From the NCBI RefSeq assembly GCF_030684315.1, contig NC_081374.1, positions 43,488,201 through 43,552,200 on the forward strand: a stretch of DNA of 64,000 nt. Direction: 5' to 3'. This document shows, piece by piece, positions 39,865-53,889 of this stretch; position 1 is the stretch's first letter, and each line of letters opens with the position of its first letter. The notes below the pieces were generated by a model. That model was given only the letters and a program-made list of their open reading frames with translations, was not told where the DNA came from and ran no database searches. The DNA comes from Stegostoma tigrinum (taxonomy: Eukaryota). Made by a program: the position numbers and the translations under genes.

Positions 39865-41529
39865 ATTCTCGAGCCTCAAAATGGAGTCACAGTGGCAAAA
39901 AGATCAAGTAGCGCTAAGTTAAGACAAATGTGTACGTGTATGGGTGCACATACGCAGACGCGTAGACACCACCAAAACCCTATTTTAAAAAGTTTGGGGA
40001 AAGCTTTGGACAACAGTTTAGTCTGATGACAGTTAAAGGAACACTAAAAATATTGCAGATAATTGTGATGGAACTCCAATTTTACAAGCACAGTCACAGA
40101 GTTATGTGCAGTATTACACCTTGAGAGAACACCAGAGCCGGGAAATCCAAAATGTGTTAACTGATCTCCAGGCAAGCAAAACAGAACAGCTCATTTAAAA
40201 TAAAAATTAGAAGACATGAAAACAGTAGTCAGAACATCCCTTAACTAGCAGGTCAAGAACAACAGCTACTGCAAAATCAATCATGTGCTGATTCCTTTGC
40301 TCAGAGTGTAGTGAAAACTGAATTATGCTTTGTCTACATCTAAATTTATTCCAAATATTTAGATGGCAATTACACGATGACAGTTCAAATTTGATTCAAA
40401 GATTAAAAGTCCTGCATTTTTGTGTTCCTTAAAACAGCTATTTACATCTATGAAGACAGAAGAAATGACACTAAAGAGACCTTGAAATTCCTACAAAAAT
40501 CAAAAATGTCAGAAGGCCATTTCTATTAGCCAATTTTCTGACTCACTTATAACCTTCGCTGCTTAAAACTGAACAAATTATTTGTGATCTGACGCAAAGA
40601 AAAATTGACCGTCTACAATCAATATGCATTGAAATTAATTAAAGGGAATTTAGTAAAATTCTCAGATTACAAAGCGAATCACTGACTGTTAAGTACAAAG
40701 TCCTAAATAATTGCACTTTGTTGCTGCCACCAGCACACGTTACAAGCACTCTCAAAAGGTAGACTTCACCCTTCCAACTTTTGCTGACTGTGCATGTCTC
40801 CCCAGTCTAACATTGTTGACAAAGCATTGCAGGTATTATCCAATTTTCTTCGACACTTTCAAAAGCATGCTCAAACTTCATCATACGATTGACAAGTCAT
40901 TTATCCAAGCTTCTCTCTTCCTACTGTGTATGGGTACTCAAGAGTAATTAGGGTTGGGCAATGAATACTGGCCTCGACAGCAACATCCATATCCTGTGAA
41001 TAAATGAGTAATAAAAAGGTTCTTAGTTGTTTTGTAACATGAAAATACTAACTTTTTTTCAAAATAGAGAGCAGACATCAACTGGCCTGATTAACGTTTA
41101 TTGCCTATGTCTGCGACATGGTGATGATAGTGGTAGGTTGCCTTGTTGAAGAAATCAGTATTTACTTTAAACTATTAACATTAAACAACTTGATGCTTGC
41201 TGAATTCATTTTTATTGGGCACGTAACAATCAGCCATAATGTTATGGGACAAGATGCACATAACAGTCTCTATTCAAGATTCCCTCTTCTCTGGTTGCTC
41301 GTCACAAGGCAAGTGATAGGATGAAACCAATCAAACCCACTCAAACACGTACTGATTGGTCAAATTCCTGGAGCTCCCTCCATAATGTAGCTGTACCAAC
41401 ACCAAACAGACTGCAGCGGTTCGAGACAGCAGCTCATCATTACCACCTTTTCCACAGTAACAAAGGGAACAGCAATAAATGTTGACCAGGCCAGCGACAT
41501 CATATTACAGGAATGAACACAACACTTTA

Positions 41530-41835
41530 GGGGCAGCATGGTAGCTCAGCAGTTAGCACTGCTACCTCTCAGCACCAGGGACACGTGTTCGATTCAAGAC
41601 TCGGGTGACTGTGTGAAGTTTGCACGCTCTCCCAATGTCTGCATGGGTTTCCTCCAGGTGCTCCAGTTAGACCAAAGATGTGCATGTTAGGTGGATTGGC
41701 TGTGCTAAATTGCCCATAGGTGTCAAGGGTGGGAAATGCAGAGGTAGGGCAGTAGGTGGGTCTGCAATGCTCTTTGGAGGGTCAGTGTGGACTTAATAGG
41801 CTAAATTGCTTGCTTCCACGCTGTAGGGATTCTAT
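41530..41835 (+). mobile_element. HE1-like SINE
   Basis: ggggcagcatggtagctcagcagttagc..tgttcgattc..; tail ccacgctgtagggattcta. Confidence 0.85.
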
Positions 41836-42164
41836 TACATCCCCCAAAAGAAAACCAAATGGACCATCCAAAACCTGCAGTGGTTCACAGCAGCAGCTTA
41901 CCACCACCCTCCCATGATGATTATGCTAAGATAAATACTGACTATGCCAGTGATGTCCAAAGTCCACATATAAATAAGTTAAGCAAGTCTAACAAAAATG
42001 CATATAGACAGTGGCTGTTTGACTGAAATGTTGTACATGACATAGAGATACTGTAGGTTTCTCCTTTCAAAAAGAAAAGTCTTTTCTTGTGGAAGTACTG
42101 CTCATTGAAGGTGCTTCAGAAGAATGAAATCCTAATATTTAAAACCAGCATATTAACTGCATAT

Positions 42165-42360
42165 AAGATAACAAAGTGTGGAGCTGGATGAACACAGCAG
42201 GACAAGCAGCATCTCAGGAGCACAAAAGCTGATGTTTTGGGCCTAGACCCTTCATCAGAGGCCCTTCATCACCTGAGATGCTGCTTGGCCTGCTGTGTTC
42301 ATCCAGCTCCACACTTTGTTATCTTGGATTCTCCAGCACCTGCAGTTACCATTATCTCAG
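42165..42360 (+). mobile_element. Short Penelope-family palindromic element with TSD
   Basis: Left arm is the reverse complement of the PLE pseudo-LTR, including CUGAUGAAGGGUCUAGGCCCAAAAC on - (42231-42258); right arm ends gcagttaccattatctc; flanks attaactgcatataa (42152) and attaaccgcatataa (42361). Confidence 0.88.
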
Positions 42361-42889
42361 ATTAACCGCATATAATGGTTTTTTCTCAGCTTTCTGGAAT
42401 GTACAAATTTATTTTCTCCAGAGAATGTTTCAGAAATGGCTTATGTCATACACTCTCAATGGCAATTTTAACTGAACAGACACTTACCAATGCATATGTA
42501 GCAGCAGATTCCACCACAGTACCATTATAATATGATTATCCAAGCAACCTCAGGCAGAAATTCAACCTTTACTAAATATTTCAAAACTTTTTCATATTAA
42601 TGAATCCAATGAGAATTTGGTCAAAACCTCTGAAAACTGCAGAATTCACTAAACTATTTAATATACATTTGAAGCTGAGGAGTCATTTTTAAAAGTCTTT
42701 TTTCATTTGATGAGGATGCCAATGACAAAGCCAGGATTTATCACCCAGTAACACAAGCTACAGAGGTCCAGGATTTTGATCCAATAACAAAGGAACTACA
42801 ATGTATCTCTAAGTGAGGAAGGTGAGAGATTTGGAGGAAAAGATTCAAGCAACAGCATTCCCACACACCTTAAACATCAATCTGAGGCA

Positions 42890-43112
42890 GTGACAGTGTG
42901 GAGCTGGTCGGGATCCCTCTGTCACTATCCCAGCCCCATTCCCTACCCCACCCCACCTCTACTTTTTTCTAGTTCCCTTGCTCCTCCCCCTCCCTGTTTC
43001 CGACAAGGGTCCCCAAAACGTCAACTTTCCTGCTCTCTGATGCTGCCTAGCCTGCTGTGTTCCACCAGCTCCACACTCTGGTCTCTGACTCCAGCACCTG
43101 TAGTTCTTGCTA
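42890..43112 (+). mobile_element. Older Penelope-family 3' fragment with short inverted arm
   Basis: cagtgtggagctggt ... accagctccacact; C-rich body; decayed core ccgacaagggtccccaaaacgtc. Confidence 0.65.
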
Positions 43113-43419
43113 TGTGTCAAGTGGCCTTATAGGATGAACTGGTTTTTGCTCCCCAAATTTTCACCTCAGGTGTGATGAAAACCCATCTCCATGTAAAATA
43201 TTCAAATTGCAGAAACTGACTAAATTGTATTACCTTCTCCAGAGGAGCACAATTGCATTGAAAAGGTGTTTTACAATGTTCCTCACTGATTTTTTTTTAA
43301 TTTATTCACATGTGGCATGTGGGCATCACTGGCTAAGCCAGCAATTAATAAGTATCCTCTTGGCAACTAGGGATGGGTAAGAGTCAAACACATTACTGAA
43401 GGTGTCCAGTGACAGATAC

Positions 43420-44160
43420 ACAGAAGATAGGAGCAGGAGAAGGCCATTCAGCTATTCTAACCTGCTCCATCATTCTTCACCATCTTGGCTGATCATCCAA
43501 CTCATTAGCCTAGTCCTGCTTTCTCCCCATAACCTTTGATCCCATTTGCCTCAAGTACTATATCTAGCTGTCTCAAATACATTCAATGTTTTGGCATTGA
43601 CTACTTCCGGGGGGTAATGATTCCACAAGTTCACCACTGTCTGGATGAAGAAATGTCACATACCGTCCTAAATGATATGCACCAACTCCTCAGATTGTGA
43701 CCCCTGATTCTGAATACACCCACCATCTGTAAGATCCTCCCTGCATCTACCTTGTCTCATCCTGTTAGAATTTTATTAATTTCTATGGAGATTCCCATCT
43801 CATTCGTCTGAACTCCAGTGAAAACAATCCTAACTTAGTCAATCTCTCTTCGTAAGTCAGTCCCCAAATCCCTGTAATCAGCCTAGTAAACTTTCACTGC
43901 ACTCCCGAGAGTAAGAGCATCCTTCCTCAGAAAAGCAGACCTAAACTGCACACAATATTCCAAGTGTGGCCTGACCAAGACCCTTTGTAACTCTAACACA
44001 TCCCCGCTCCTGTATTCAAAACTTCTCACAATGAAGGCCAACCTATCATGTGCCCTCTTTCCCGACTGCTGCATCTGCATACTTAACTTCAACGAGTGGT
44101 ACGGGGGACCTGGGTGTACTTCTGCACATTCCCCCGTCTCAACTTACAGCCATTCAGGTA
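43420..44160 (-). mobile_element. CR1 LINE 3' fragment
   Basis: ORF 43883..44092 contains LVRPHLEYCVQF. Confidence 0.82.
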
Positions 44161-45269
44161 CAGACAGCAGATTAAGTCTCCATAACATGACTGGGTATCT
44201 GGATGAAGAGTTTAGCAATAACAACACTAGGCCATTTGCCTTCCAATAACCAATTTACAATAACCCTGCTAACTCAAAAAATTGTACATATTTTCTATTC
44301 AATTCATCCAGGGATGTTGTGACGTCTATGGATGACGTGGGACTTGAAATCAGGCCTCCTGGCTCAGTGTGAGGGTCATGACCACAAGGCCCACTGCTCT
44401 TAATTTGTATTATTGTTGAGAAACTAAATCTAGTCTACAAGTGTAGGATGAAAGGTTTGTCTCAGACCTGCAGATCCATGGCAGCTGCCTTGTTAAACTA
44501 ACATGCCAAAGGAAAGCTGACAATAGGACAGGCAGCACGCTTCAATACTTAAAACTTATCTGATAACTCATCCAAATCTCTTGTCTACCTTGTTGACCAT
44601 ACTTGCAAATATTACTACTTTTTTAAAAGCAGGATTTTTTAAATAAGTTGGGGAGCATACTAACAAGGTAACTTTAAAAAAAATTGCTTTCTTACCCATC
44701 TATTTTGATCACATGATGCCATTAATACTTGCCTTAACACTTGATGAAAGAAAACAATTTTTGCCAAGGGGATACAATAACATCTTGTCTGAACAGAACT
44801 GGTTTATCATGGTCCTGGCCATGTTTTATTTATGTTTTGGTCGTAGAAGGTTTACTGATATCTTGCCAATCACAAGAAAAGTATTTACAGATGACGTATT
44901 TCAGCCAGAATCACAATGGAAAACATTATTCAGCCCATGGTGCCCTACCAGCTCTCCAAGAGAGTAACTCATTTAGTTCATTTTGCTTGCAAATTTTCTT
45001 TCTAGTTTCTTCTGAAATCCAAGATAAGTCTACCTCCAAACTTGCAGGCTGCACTCCCAACTCCAATTATTTGCTGCATAAATGGGAAGTTTTTCTTTAT
45101 CTCTTCTGTCCAGGCATACTTTCTGTCTGAACACCACAATCAAAAGCAAAAATAACACCAAAAAGAGACCTTTGGAGATGATATCAGAATATCAATCATT
45201 TTATCACAGCTGAAAAGCTAGAGATCTCTTCTCAAGGGCATGATGAGAGGGCAGCAAGAAGAGGGATCA

Positions 45270-45620
45270 AACCATGAGGCCCTTAGATACAGGACCAGAT
45301 TTAGGCCATTCACCCCATCAAATCTGTTCCACTGCCATTCAATCGCAGCTGATGCATTTTTCAGCCCTATTTTACTGCCTTCTCCCCTTAACCATTGACC
45401 CCTTACTAATCCAGAACCTCAGTTTTAAATACGTTCAATGGGCTGGCCTCGACAGCTTTCTGTGGCTGAAGAAATTCCTCCTCATCTCAGTTCTAAAGGG
45501 TCATCCCTTCATCCTGAGGCTATGTTCTTGGATCCTGGTCTTTGCTTCTAGTGCAAATATCTCCATGTCCACCCTACCCAGTCCTCCCAGTATTCTGCAA
45601 GTTTCAATCAGACCCACCAC
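45270..45620 (-). mobile_element. CR1 LINE 3' end fragment
   Basis: aagaaattcctcctcatctcagttctaaagg and 3' UTR similarity to the reverse complement of 11340-11600. Confidence 0.7.
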
Positions 45621-45949
45621 CTCAAAGCAAACAATTACATAATCCTCAGTACCTTGAAGAGTATAGACTAAAGGTTAATGAAAGTACATTACATAACTGG
45701 CCCAACAAGATTTATTTTGTCTTGTATCTAGGAGTCAAAGGGCCAACAAATTCAAAACTATTAGAACACGCTGGTTCAGGTCTTCCAGATAAACCAGAGA
45801 CACAATATACTGACGCATCAGCATGGAGACTTCTCAAACAATCTGACGCACTCAGATGGTGGTAATTGCTTGGCAAGTTTAACCTTCCATTGGGCAATTA
45901 GTTTAGTCTGTACCTCTCCGAACTCCTCAACTGAGTTAAAAGTCAGAAA

Positions 45950-48900
45950 TTTCAGAGGTTCCACAAATTTAAAGGCAAGAGTGGGGAATGTTTGGGGGAA
46001 CGTGAGTGTAAACATTTTCCTTACTTGTTGAGGATGTGAGGTGCCTGGAATGCACTGCTAGGGGAGGTGGTAGAAGTAGGCACTTTAGCAAAGTTAAAGA
46101 GGCATTTTGACAAACATGAAAAGGCAAGGAATAGAGGGATAGGGACCAATGTGCTGATTTCTGTGCTGTGCTATTTTGAGTTCTATACAGGACTGGATAG
46201 AGAGGAGGGAGACTCATAGCAGATACCAAGGGCTCAAAACAGAAACCTTCGTGGAGTAAAGAAAGCACAAGGGGAAACTAAAACACTAAATCATGACAGC
46301 AAGGGGCATGAAAGAATGATGGCTGGTAAAATAAAAGGAAAATTCTAAGTTATCTTACAAGTGCAAGAACATCAAGGATAAAAAGATAACCAGGAAAAGA
46401 GTAGGACCCAAAAAGGATCACAGTGCTAATTTGTGTATGAGCCAGAGAACGCAGGTAGGGTTCTAAATGAATACAATGTTTGGTGCTCACTAGTGAGTGA
46501 GGGGAACGACTTGGGTTTGGAAATCAGTGAGGCGGACAGCGAAATTAAATAGTCAGCATAGACAGAGGAGGTTCTGAGTGGACAGGCTGATTTAAAAATA
46601 AGTAAACCTTCAGGGCCAGATAAAACGTATCTGAAGTTCTTCTGGGAGGTAAGGGAGGACACAGCAGGAGCATTGACAGTAATTTTTCAATTCCTCCCTG
46701 GCCATAGGGGAGATGCCAGAGTACTGTTATTCAAGAACAGAGCAAGAGATAGACCAGGAAACTACAGCCAGTCAGTTTAACATTTTGGTAGGGCACCTAT
46801 TAAAAGTGATTCTGAGAAAGGGGATCATTCTGCCCTCGGGACCTCTGCTGTCCACAATCTACATAAATGATTTGGGGGAAAGCGTAGCTGGTCTAATTAG
46901 TACATTTGTGGAAATATAAAGAGTGGTGGAATTGCGAATAATGAGGATTGTTACAGGACAGAGCAGGATATAGATCAATTAGAGGCATGGGCAGAAAAAT
47001 GGCAGACGGATTTTAATCTAGACAAATGTGAGGTGATGCAGTTTGGAAGGTCACGTACAGGTGGAAATTATACAGCGAATGGCAGAACCCTTCAGAATGT
47101 TGATGTACAATGAGATCTGGGCGTGCAGGTCCACAGATCACTGAAGGTAGAAGTGCAGGTAGATAAGACAGTTTTTTAAAAAAAAGGCTTGTGGCATGCT
47201 TGCCTTCAGTGGAAGGGGCATTAGGATAAAATTAGACAAGTCATGTTGCATCCGAACAGAACTGCAGTTAGGCCACACTTGGAGTACGTGTACAATTCTG
47301 GTCACCATGCCACCAGAAGGATGTGGATGCTTTGGACAGGGTACAAAAAAATTTACCAGGATGTTGCCTGGTATGGGGGATTTTACCGATGAAGAAAGGT
47401 TGGATAGACTGGGTTCATTTTCACCGGAACACAGGACGTCAAAGGCACAACCTTGAAAAGGTTTATGAGATTGTGAATGGTTTGGAGAGTAGAAAGTATG
47501 TGGCTCTTTCCCTGCGGCAGAGGGGTCAATTACCAGGGGACACAACTTCAAGGTGCAGGGGGGAATGTTTAAAAGAGATGTGCAAGGTACACTTTTCACA
47601 TAAAGAGTAGTGAGTGCCTGTAACGCAGTGCCAGAGGTGACAGTGGAAATAGACACAATAGCAGGATTCAAATCCACCTGGATGAATATATGAATAAGTA
47701 GGGAATAGAGGGATACTGATCCTGTAAGTGAAGACAGTTTTAATACGGAAGAGCCAAATGCATCAGCGCAGACTTGGAGGGCTTGAAAGGTCTCTTTCTG
47801 TGTTGTACTATTCTTGTTCAGGCAGGTATTAAGCAAGAATCGGCAACATGGTTTTGTGAAGGCAAGGTCGCAGCTGACCAAATTTGATTGAATTTTATGA
47901 AGAGGTAACCAGATATGTAGGTGAAAGCAATGCATTTGACATTGTCTAATTAGAGTTCAGCAAGGTTTCTGATAAATTTCCACAGTGGAGACTAATAATA
48001 AATAGAAGAGCTGATAGGATCCATTAAAGTTTGGCAAATTGGATACAGAAATACAAGCATGAAAAATGGGTGATGGTTAAGGGGTGTGTGTGTGACTGGA
48101 AATGTGTATATAATGGGGTTCTATGGGGCTCAGTGTTGGGACCCTTGTTTATTGCTTATATTCAGGCTTCAGGTAGGAGGGGCTGGCACAGTCATTGGTA
48201 CTGATGCCTCACAGCACCAGGGACCTAGATTCAACTCCAGCCTTGAGTGACCGTGTATGTGGAGTTTGCATGTTCTCTTAATCTTTGCAGAGATTTCTAC
48301 TGAGTGCTCCGGTTTCCCCTCACGGTCCAAAAGATGAGCGAGTGGATTAGCTGCACTTAATTGCTCTGTAGGGTCCAGGGATACACACGCTAGATGGATT
48401 AGCATTGTAAATGCAAGGTTTGGAGAAGATTGTGTGGGGGATGTGTTTGGGTGGGATGCTCTTTGGAGGATCTGTGCAGAGTCGATGAGCCAAAAGACCT
48501 TTATCTGCACTGTAGGAATTCTATGATTATGTGATTGATAAAGGAAGTAGAGAAAACAGAATTATGGACCAGCGAGTCTGAGATCAGGAGTGGGGGAAGA
48601 TACTACAGTCCACTAACAGGGATTTTGGAGCACAATTAGAAAACAGTGGTAGAATCAGAAACAAATCAGCAGGGATTTGTGCTAATCATGCTTGACAAAT
48701 CTACTGGAATTCTTGAGAATGTAACTAGTACAATTGATCAAGCGGAACCAGTGGATGCAGCTAATTTGGACTTTCAGAAGGCTTTCAACAAAGTCCCACA
48801 TGAGAGATTAATGTGTAAAATTAAAGTGAATGGGATGGGGGTAATGTATAGAGATGGACAGAAAATTGGTTAGTAGACAGGAAACAAAAAGTGTAGGAAT

Positions 48901-50040
48901 GAGGAGGTGTGTTTTCTGAAGGGCAGGCCCTGACTGGCGGGGGACCACAGGGATCGATTCTAGGATCCCCACCTATTCATAACATATGTTAATGATTTGG
49001 ACAAAGAAACTAAATGTAATACCTCAAAATTTGCTGTGGAAAGGTGTGCTGTGAGGTGAATGTAGAGATGTTGCAGTGTGATTTGGACAAGCTAAATAAG
49101 TAGACAAACGTACGGCAGATTCAATAAACTGTGGATAAACGTGAAATTATCTACTTAGTTTGCAAAAATAGGAAAGCAAAGCAGAGTATTTGAATGGCTG
49201 TAAATTGAGAGGACGGAACATTCAACGAGACCTGCGTGTCCTTGTGGACCAGTCACTGTAAAGAAATATAAAGATGAAAGAAAAACGGCAAACCATAGGT
49301 TGGTACAATTTTGTCTCCTTATCTTTGTAAGGATGCTCTAGCTACAGATAAGTTCCTGGGGTGGCAGGAGAGAGAGAGAGAGATTGGGTCAGTTAGGAAG
49401 TTATTCCCTGGAGTTTAGAAGGATGTTTTTTTGGGGCTGCGCTGGGAGCGGCGGTTAAGGGAGAAGACTGTTACAGAAACCTATAAAAATTCTAACAGGA
49501 CTGGACTAAATGCAGGAATGACATGCCCAATGTTGGTCATACCTTAAGGGAAAAGGGCAAATCTTTCAGGGCTGCAGCGTGGAGAAATGGCATCACAAGG
49601 TGGGCCCAGAGGCAGTAGAGGAAGGATGGCAGCAGAGACATCATTGATGATGAGCTGAGCTGACTCAGGACTAATGGGCTCTCTTTAAGGTATACTTTCT
49701 ATTTTTTCTTATTTGTTAAAACTTTTCAAAATGGTGCTAGATAGTGGGGACAGTTCAAAAGCTTTTCACTGTATTTTACTGTTTTCCCACACTGTAAAAT
49801 CACATGACAATAAATCAAAGTGCAGAGCCTGTTGAATTTACTACCACACAGTGGCTGAGGCCAAAACAGTGTTTTTTTTCAAGGAGGCAGATATAGCTCA
49901 TGACTAATTAATAGATTAAGGAATAAGATTGAAAAGCTGGATCAGGCATTTGGGCTCAATGATAAGCATAAATACTGAATGGCTGAACAAGTTTGAGGTC
50001 AAGTACTTTATACCTCCTCTTAACTTACATATTTCTATGT
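45950..50040 (+). mobile_element. Cluster of several CR1 fragments, with HE1 SINE at 48180-48525 and a different LINE-like 3' end at ~49595-49820
   Basis: ORFs 46713.., 47323.. and 48646..48873 (LDFQKAFNKVPH); repeated RT segments. Confidence 0.75.
48180..48525 (+). mobile_element. HE1-like SINE
   Basis: gcctcacagcaccagggacc...tgtggagtttgcatgttctc...gcactgtaggaattctatga. Confidence 0.8.
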
Positions 50041-50415
50041 TAGCTCCTCTTTTCAAGTCCATGAACATTGTTAGTTAGGATGCTGAAAACAAACCAAATC
50101 TCTTTTCAAGCTGTTCTGTCTGTAATACTGAGTACCAGTAGTACTTGATAATGCAATGGCACAAGACTTTGTTTTAAAAATGGTTCATGAAGTCAGTGCT
50201 CTTAACTCATGATAACATTGTGACTGTTGTAAAAGTACACAGCAAAGTAACAAAGATGATCTCCGAAGCCAGATCATTAATCAATGTAAATTTCGGCACT
50301 AAATCATTCAATTACTGAAGACACGGACTTGAATGGGATTGGATTAAAATGTGTGACTGATTGAAAAGTCACATGAAGAACTGGGTATAATAGGGGCAAG
50401 ACCATAAAATAAGGG

Positions 50416-50936
50416 TGTAAAATATGATGTCCAGAGGTTTATTTTACTAATAGAATGGCTGACCTGTTGAACTGTTAAGGGGTTAATATCTGTTCTGCTC
50501 TCTGTAAACGTAACGTCTGTAAGAAATTAGATTATTCATGGGCGCCCCGTCTCTCAGACAAAACATGGTAAGCTAATTATACTCTGCTCTCTGTGAAGGT
50601 TGAACTAAGGCGAAAAAGATAAGGAACTGTCATGTCCCACACATTGTTTTACCATTAGATGATTAAGTTACGTACTATCACTTGCAAGGCATGTAACTAC
50701 GAGGGAGAAAAAAATTGAATCGTGCATGCATGTCTGACTGTGCTAAAAAAACCTATAAAAGGAAGGGCAGTTCCCATATAGAGAGCATCGCTTGACAGGG
50801 CTCCGCAAGCCCTTCGAAGTTTGTTGTGATCCTCCAAAAGGTTTGTACTTGCTTAAATAAACTGTGGCTGTTCACAGAAGTCAGCATATTGCATTTGTAT
50901 CAAGCGTGTAGAAATCTCCTAAAAGGGAACCCAACA
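50416..50936 (+). mobile_element. Solo-LTR-like element (5' boundary uncertain)
   Basis: TATAAAA at 50754, AATAAA at 50856, ends gggaacccaaCA; CpG retained relative to flanks. No TSD identified. Confidence 0.5.
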
Positions 50937-50977
50937 CTGAGCAGGGTTCAAGAGATTGCGATAACAAGTGACTGGTT

Positions 50978-52690
50978 ATAGAACATAGAACAGTACAGCA
51001 CAGAACAGACCCTTCAGCCCACAATGTTGTGCCGACCATTGATCCTCATGTATGCACCCTCAAATTTCTGTGACCATATGCATGTCCAGCAGTCTCTTAA
51101 ATGACCCCAATGACCTTGCTTCCACAACTGCTGCTGGCAAAGCATTCCATGCTCTCACAACTCTGTGTAAAGAACCCACCTCTGACATCCCCTCTATACT
51201 TTCCTCCAATCAGCTTAAAACTATGACCCCTCGTGTTAGCCATTTCTGCCCTGGGAAATAGTCTCTGGCTATCAACTCTATCTATGCCTCTCATTATCTT
51301 GTATACCTCAATTAGGTCCCCTCTCCTCCTCCTTTTCTCCAATGAAAAAAGTCCAAGCTCAGTCAACCTCTCTTCATAAGATGAGCCCTCCAGTCCAGGC
51401 AGCACACTGGTAAACCTCCTCTGAACCCTCTCCAAAGCAGCCACATCTTTCCTATAATAGGGCGACCAGAAGTGGATGCAGTATTCCAAGTGCTGTCTAA
51501 CCAAAGTTTTATAGAGCTACAACAAGATCTCACGACTCTTAAACTCAATCCCCCCCGTTAATGAAAGCCAAAACACCATATGCTTTCTTAACAACCCTGT
51601 CCACTTGGGTGGCCATTTTAAGGGACCTATGTATCTGCACACCAAGATCCCTCTGTTCCTCCACACTGCCAAGAATCCTATCCTTAATCCTGTACTCAGC
51701 TTTCAAATTCGACCTTCTAAAATGCATCACCTCGCATTTATCCAGGTTGAACTCCATCTGCCACCTCTCAGCCCATCTCTGCATCCTGTCAATGTCCCGC
51801 TGCAGCCTACAACAGCCCTCTATACTGTCAACGACACCTCCAACCTTCGTGTTGTCTGCAAACTTGCTGATCCATCCTTCAAGCCCCTCATCCAAGTCAT
51901 TAATAAAAATTACAAACAGTAGAGGCCCAAGGACAGAGCCCTGTGGAACACCACTCACACTGACTTCCAGGCAGAATATTTTCCTTCTACTACCACTCAC
52001 TGCCTTCTGTTGGCCAGCCAATTCTGTATCCAGACAGCTAAGTTCCCCTGGAACCTTAGGTGTTTTCCCTAATTCGTTCTGCCAAGCCTTTCTCGTGCCC
52101 CCTCCTGGCTCTCCTCAGACCTTTTTTGAGCTCCTTCCTCACCTGCATGTAATCCTCTCGAGCTGAGCTTGACCCTAGCTTCCTCCACCTTATGTAAGCT
52201 ACCTTCTTCCTTTTCACGAGAAGCTCCACCGCTCTCGTCATCCAAGGTTCCTTTATCTTACCCCTTCTTGCCTGTCTCAGAGGGACATATTTACTCATCA
52301 CTCGCAACAACTGTTCCTTAAACAGTCTCCACATGTCTGTAGTGCACTTACCATGGAACAATTGCTCCCAGTCCATGCTTCCTAACTCATGTCTAATCAC
52401 GTCATAGTTTCCTCTTCCCCAATTAAATATCCTCCCATTTTGCCTAATCCTCTCCTTCTCCATAGCTATGTAAAATGTGAGACAGTTATGGTCACTATCA
52501 CCAAAATGCTCTCCCACCACAAGATCTGATACCTGCCCCGGCTCGTTTGCGAGCACCAAGTCTAGAATGACCTCTCCCCTCGTCGGCCTGTCAACGTACT
52601 GAGTTAGGAAACCCTCCTGAACACACCTTACAAAAACAGCTCCATTCAAATCTTCTGCCCGAAGGAGGTTCCAGTCAATATTAGGAAAGT
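50978..52690 (-). mobile_element. Young CR1 (HER1-like) LINE, 5'-truncated, with large internal deletion at ~52052
   Basis: ORFs 52056..52928 (FPNIDW, ILDLVL, GDSDHN), 51545..52021 (GVPQGSVLGP, KFADNTK) and 51097..51504; tail (ttctatg)n; gttata at both 50975 and 52689. Confidence 0.92.
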
Positions 52691-53889
52691 TATATTTCTT
52701 ATATTTCTTGGAAATAACTCGTTTGAAAGAAACAATCATGACATCGAGATATGGATTTGGGGTTTGATCATCTTCAAGGATTCCAAAAAGGAACTTGTGA
52801 TTGAAGACCGAAATTGGGTACAAGTCTCTTGATTTTGATTTAGTGAATAGGTGTTTAAAAGGAAGACTGGCGCAGTTTATAGTCGCCCTCCATGTGGAAC
52901 ACCAAAAATGAGGTAACGCAAAATACACAATACAGAAGGGTGAGAAAGTTAACTGTTAAATCCTGACAATTGCTATTACACACCATAAACCTGGTATTTA
53001 AAAGTAGTAAAATTTAATTCACTAACAGTGCTATATATAGTGCACTGAATGTGAATACAAATGCATGAAATACTTCGTTGAAAAAGTGTTTGCTCCCACA
53101 TGAAGCACAGATTCTTATTAGAATATGGGCAAGTGCTGTACAAAAATATTATTACTTCAACTGAATGAAAACAGAGCATTTCTCAGAGCCTGGTAAGGTA
53201 CCATCAAAAGGAGCTGGCAGCAAGAATGCACATTTTTGCATTTGGCCCTCAAAATAAAAATTGCTTAAAAACTTTAGGCTCGAGGGAATTTTCACGCTTA
53301 TTAATAGATATATCAGCATTCATGCCTTTGAAACAAAAACTGGTGCAGATTATCTGCTATTAAATCCCAAGGGTTCTCACAGACTGAAGAATTTAAAACC
53401 ATTTTTAAAAACGTACTCCAAGCATATTACACAAGTAGAGAATTCTACACAAATTAACCCACAAAGAGTAAACTTTGCACAGGGTTTTGTTAAGGAAACA
53501 AATTTTCAAACGGCTGTTTAAAAAATTAATCCCATTAAAATCATCTTCCTCAAGCAGCGTCTTACTCCTCTCATTATATTCACTGTACTTCACTAACATT
53601 GGTCATGAGAACAGAATTCATATGGTCAAAAGGAGCATTAGCAGCAGTACTGGTCAAGAATAAAAAAAGTTTCACAAAAAACTTTCTGCACAGCATATAT
53701 GAAACTAATGGGGAAATCAAGCATTTGAACAGTGTTCAGATGTATTGCAATTTAGTTTTACTCAAAGAAAGCTGGACAAAAACAAGTACAGTAATGTAAT
53801 CTTGTGTTACTGGGCAAGCAACAAATGAAACTTATGAGTTAACACTGGAAACACAATAAAATTGTTTGAAGGGGAAAGTACTGAGTTGA

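Noticed and set aside
47138-47935. 265-aa and similar long ORFs (10935..11468, 51561..52166)
   Set aside because: They are antisense frames of CR1 ORF2.
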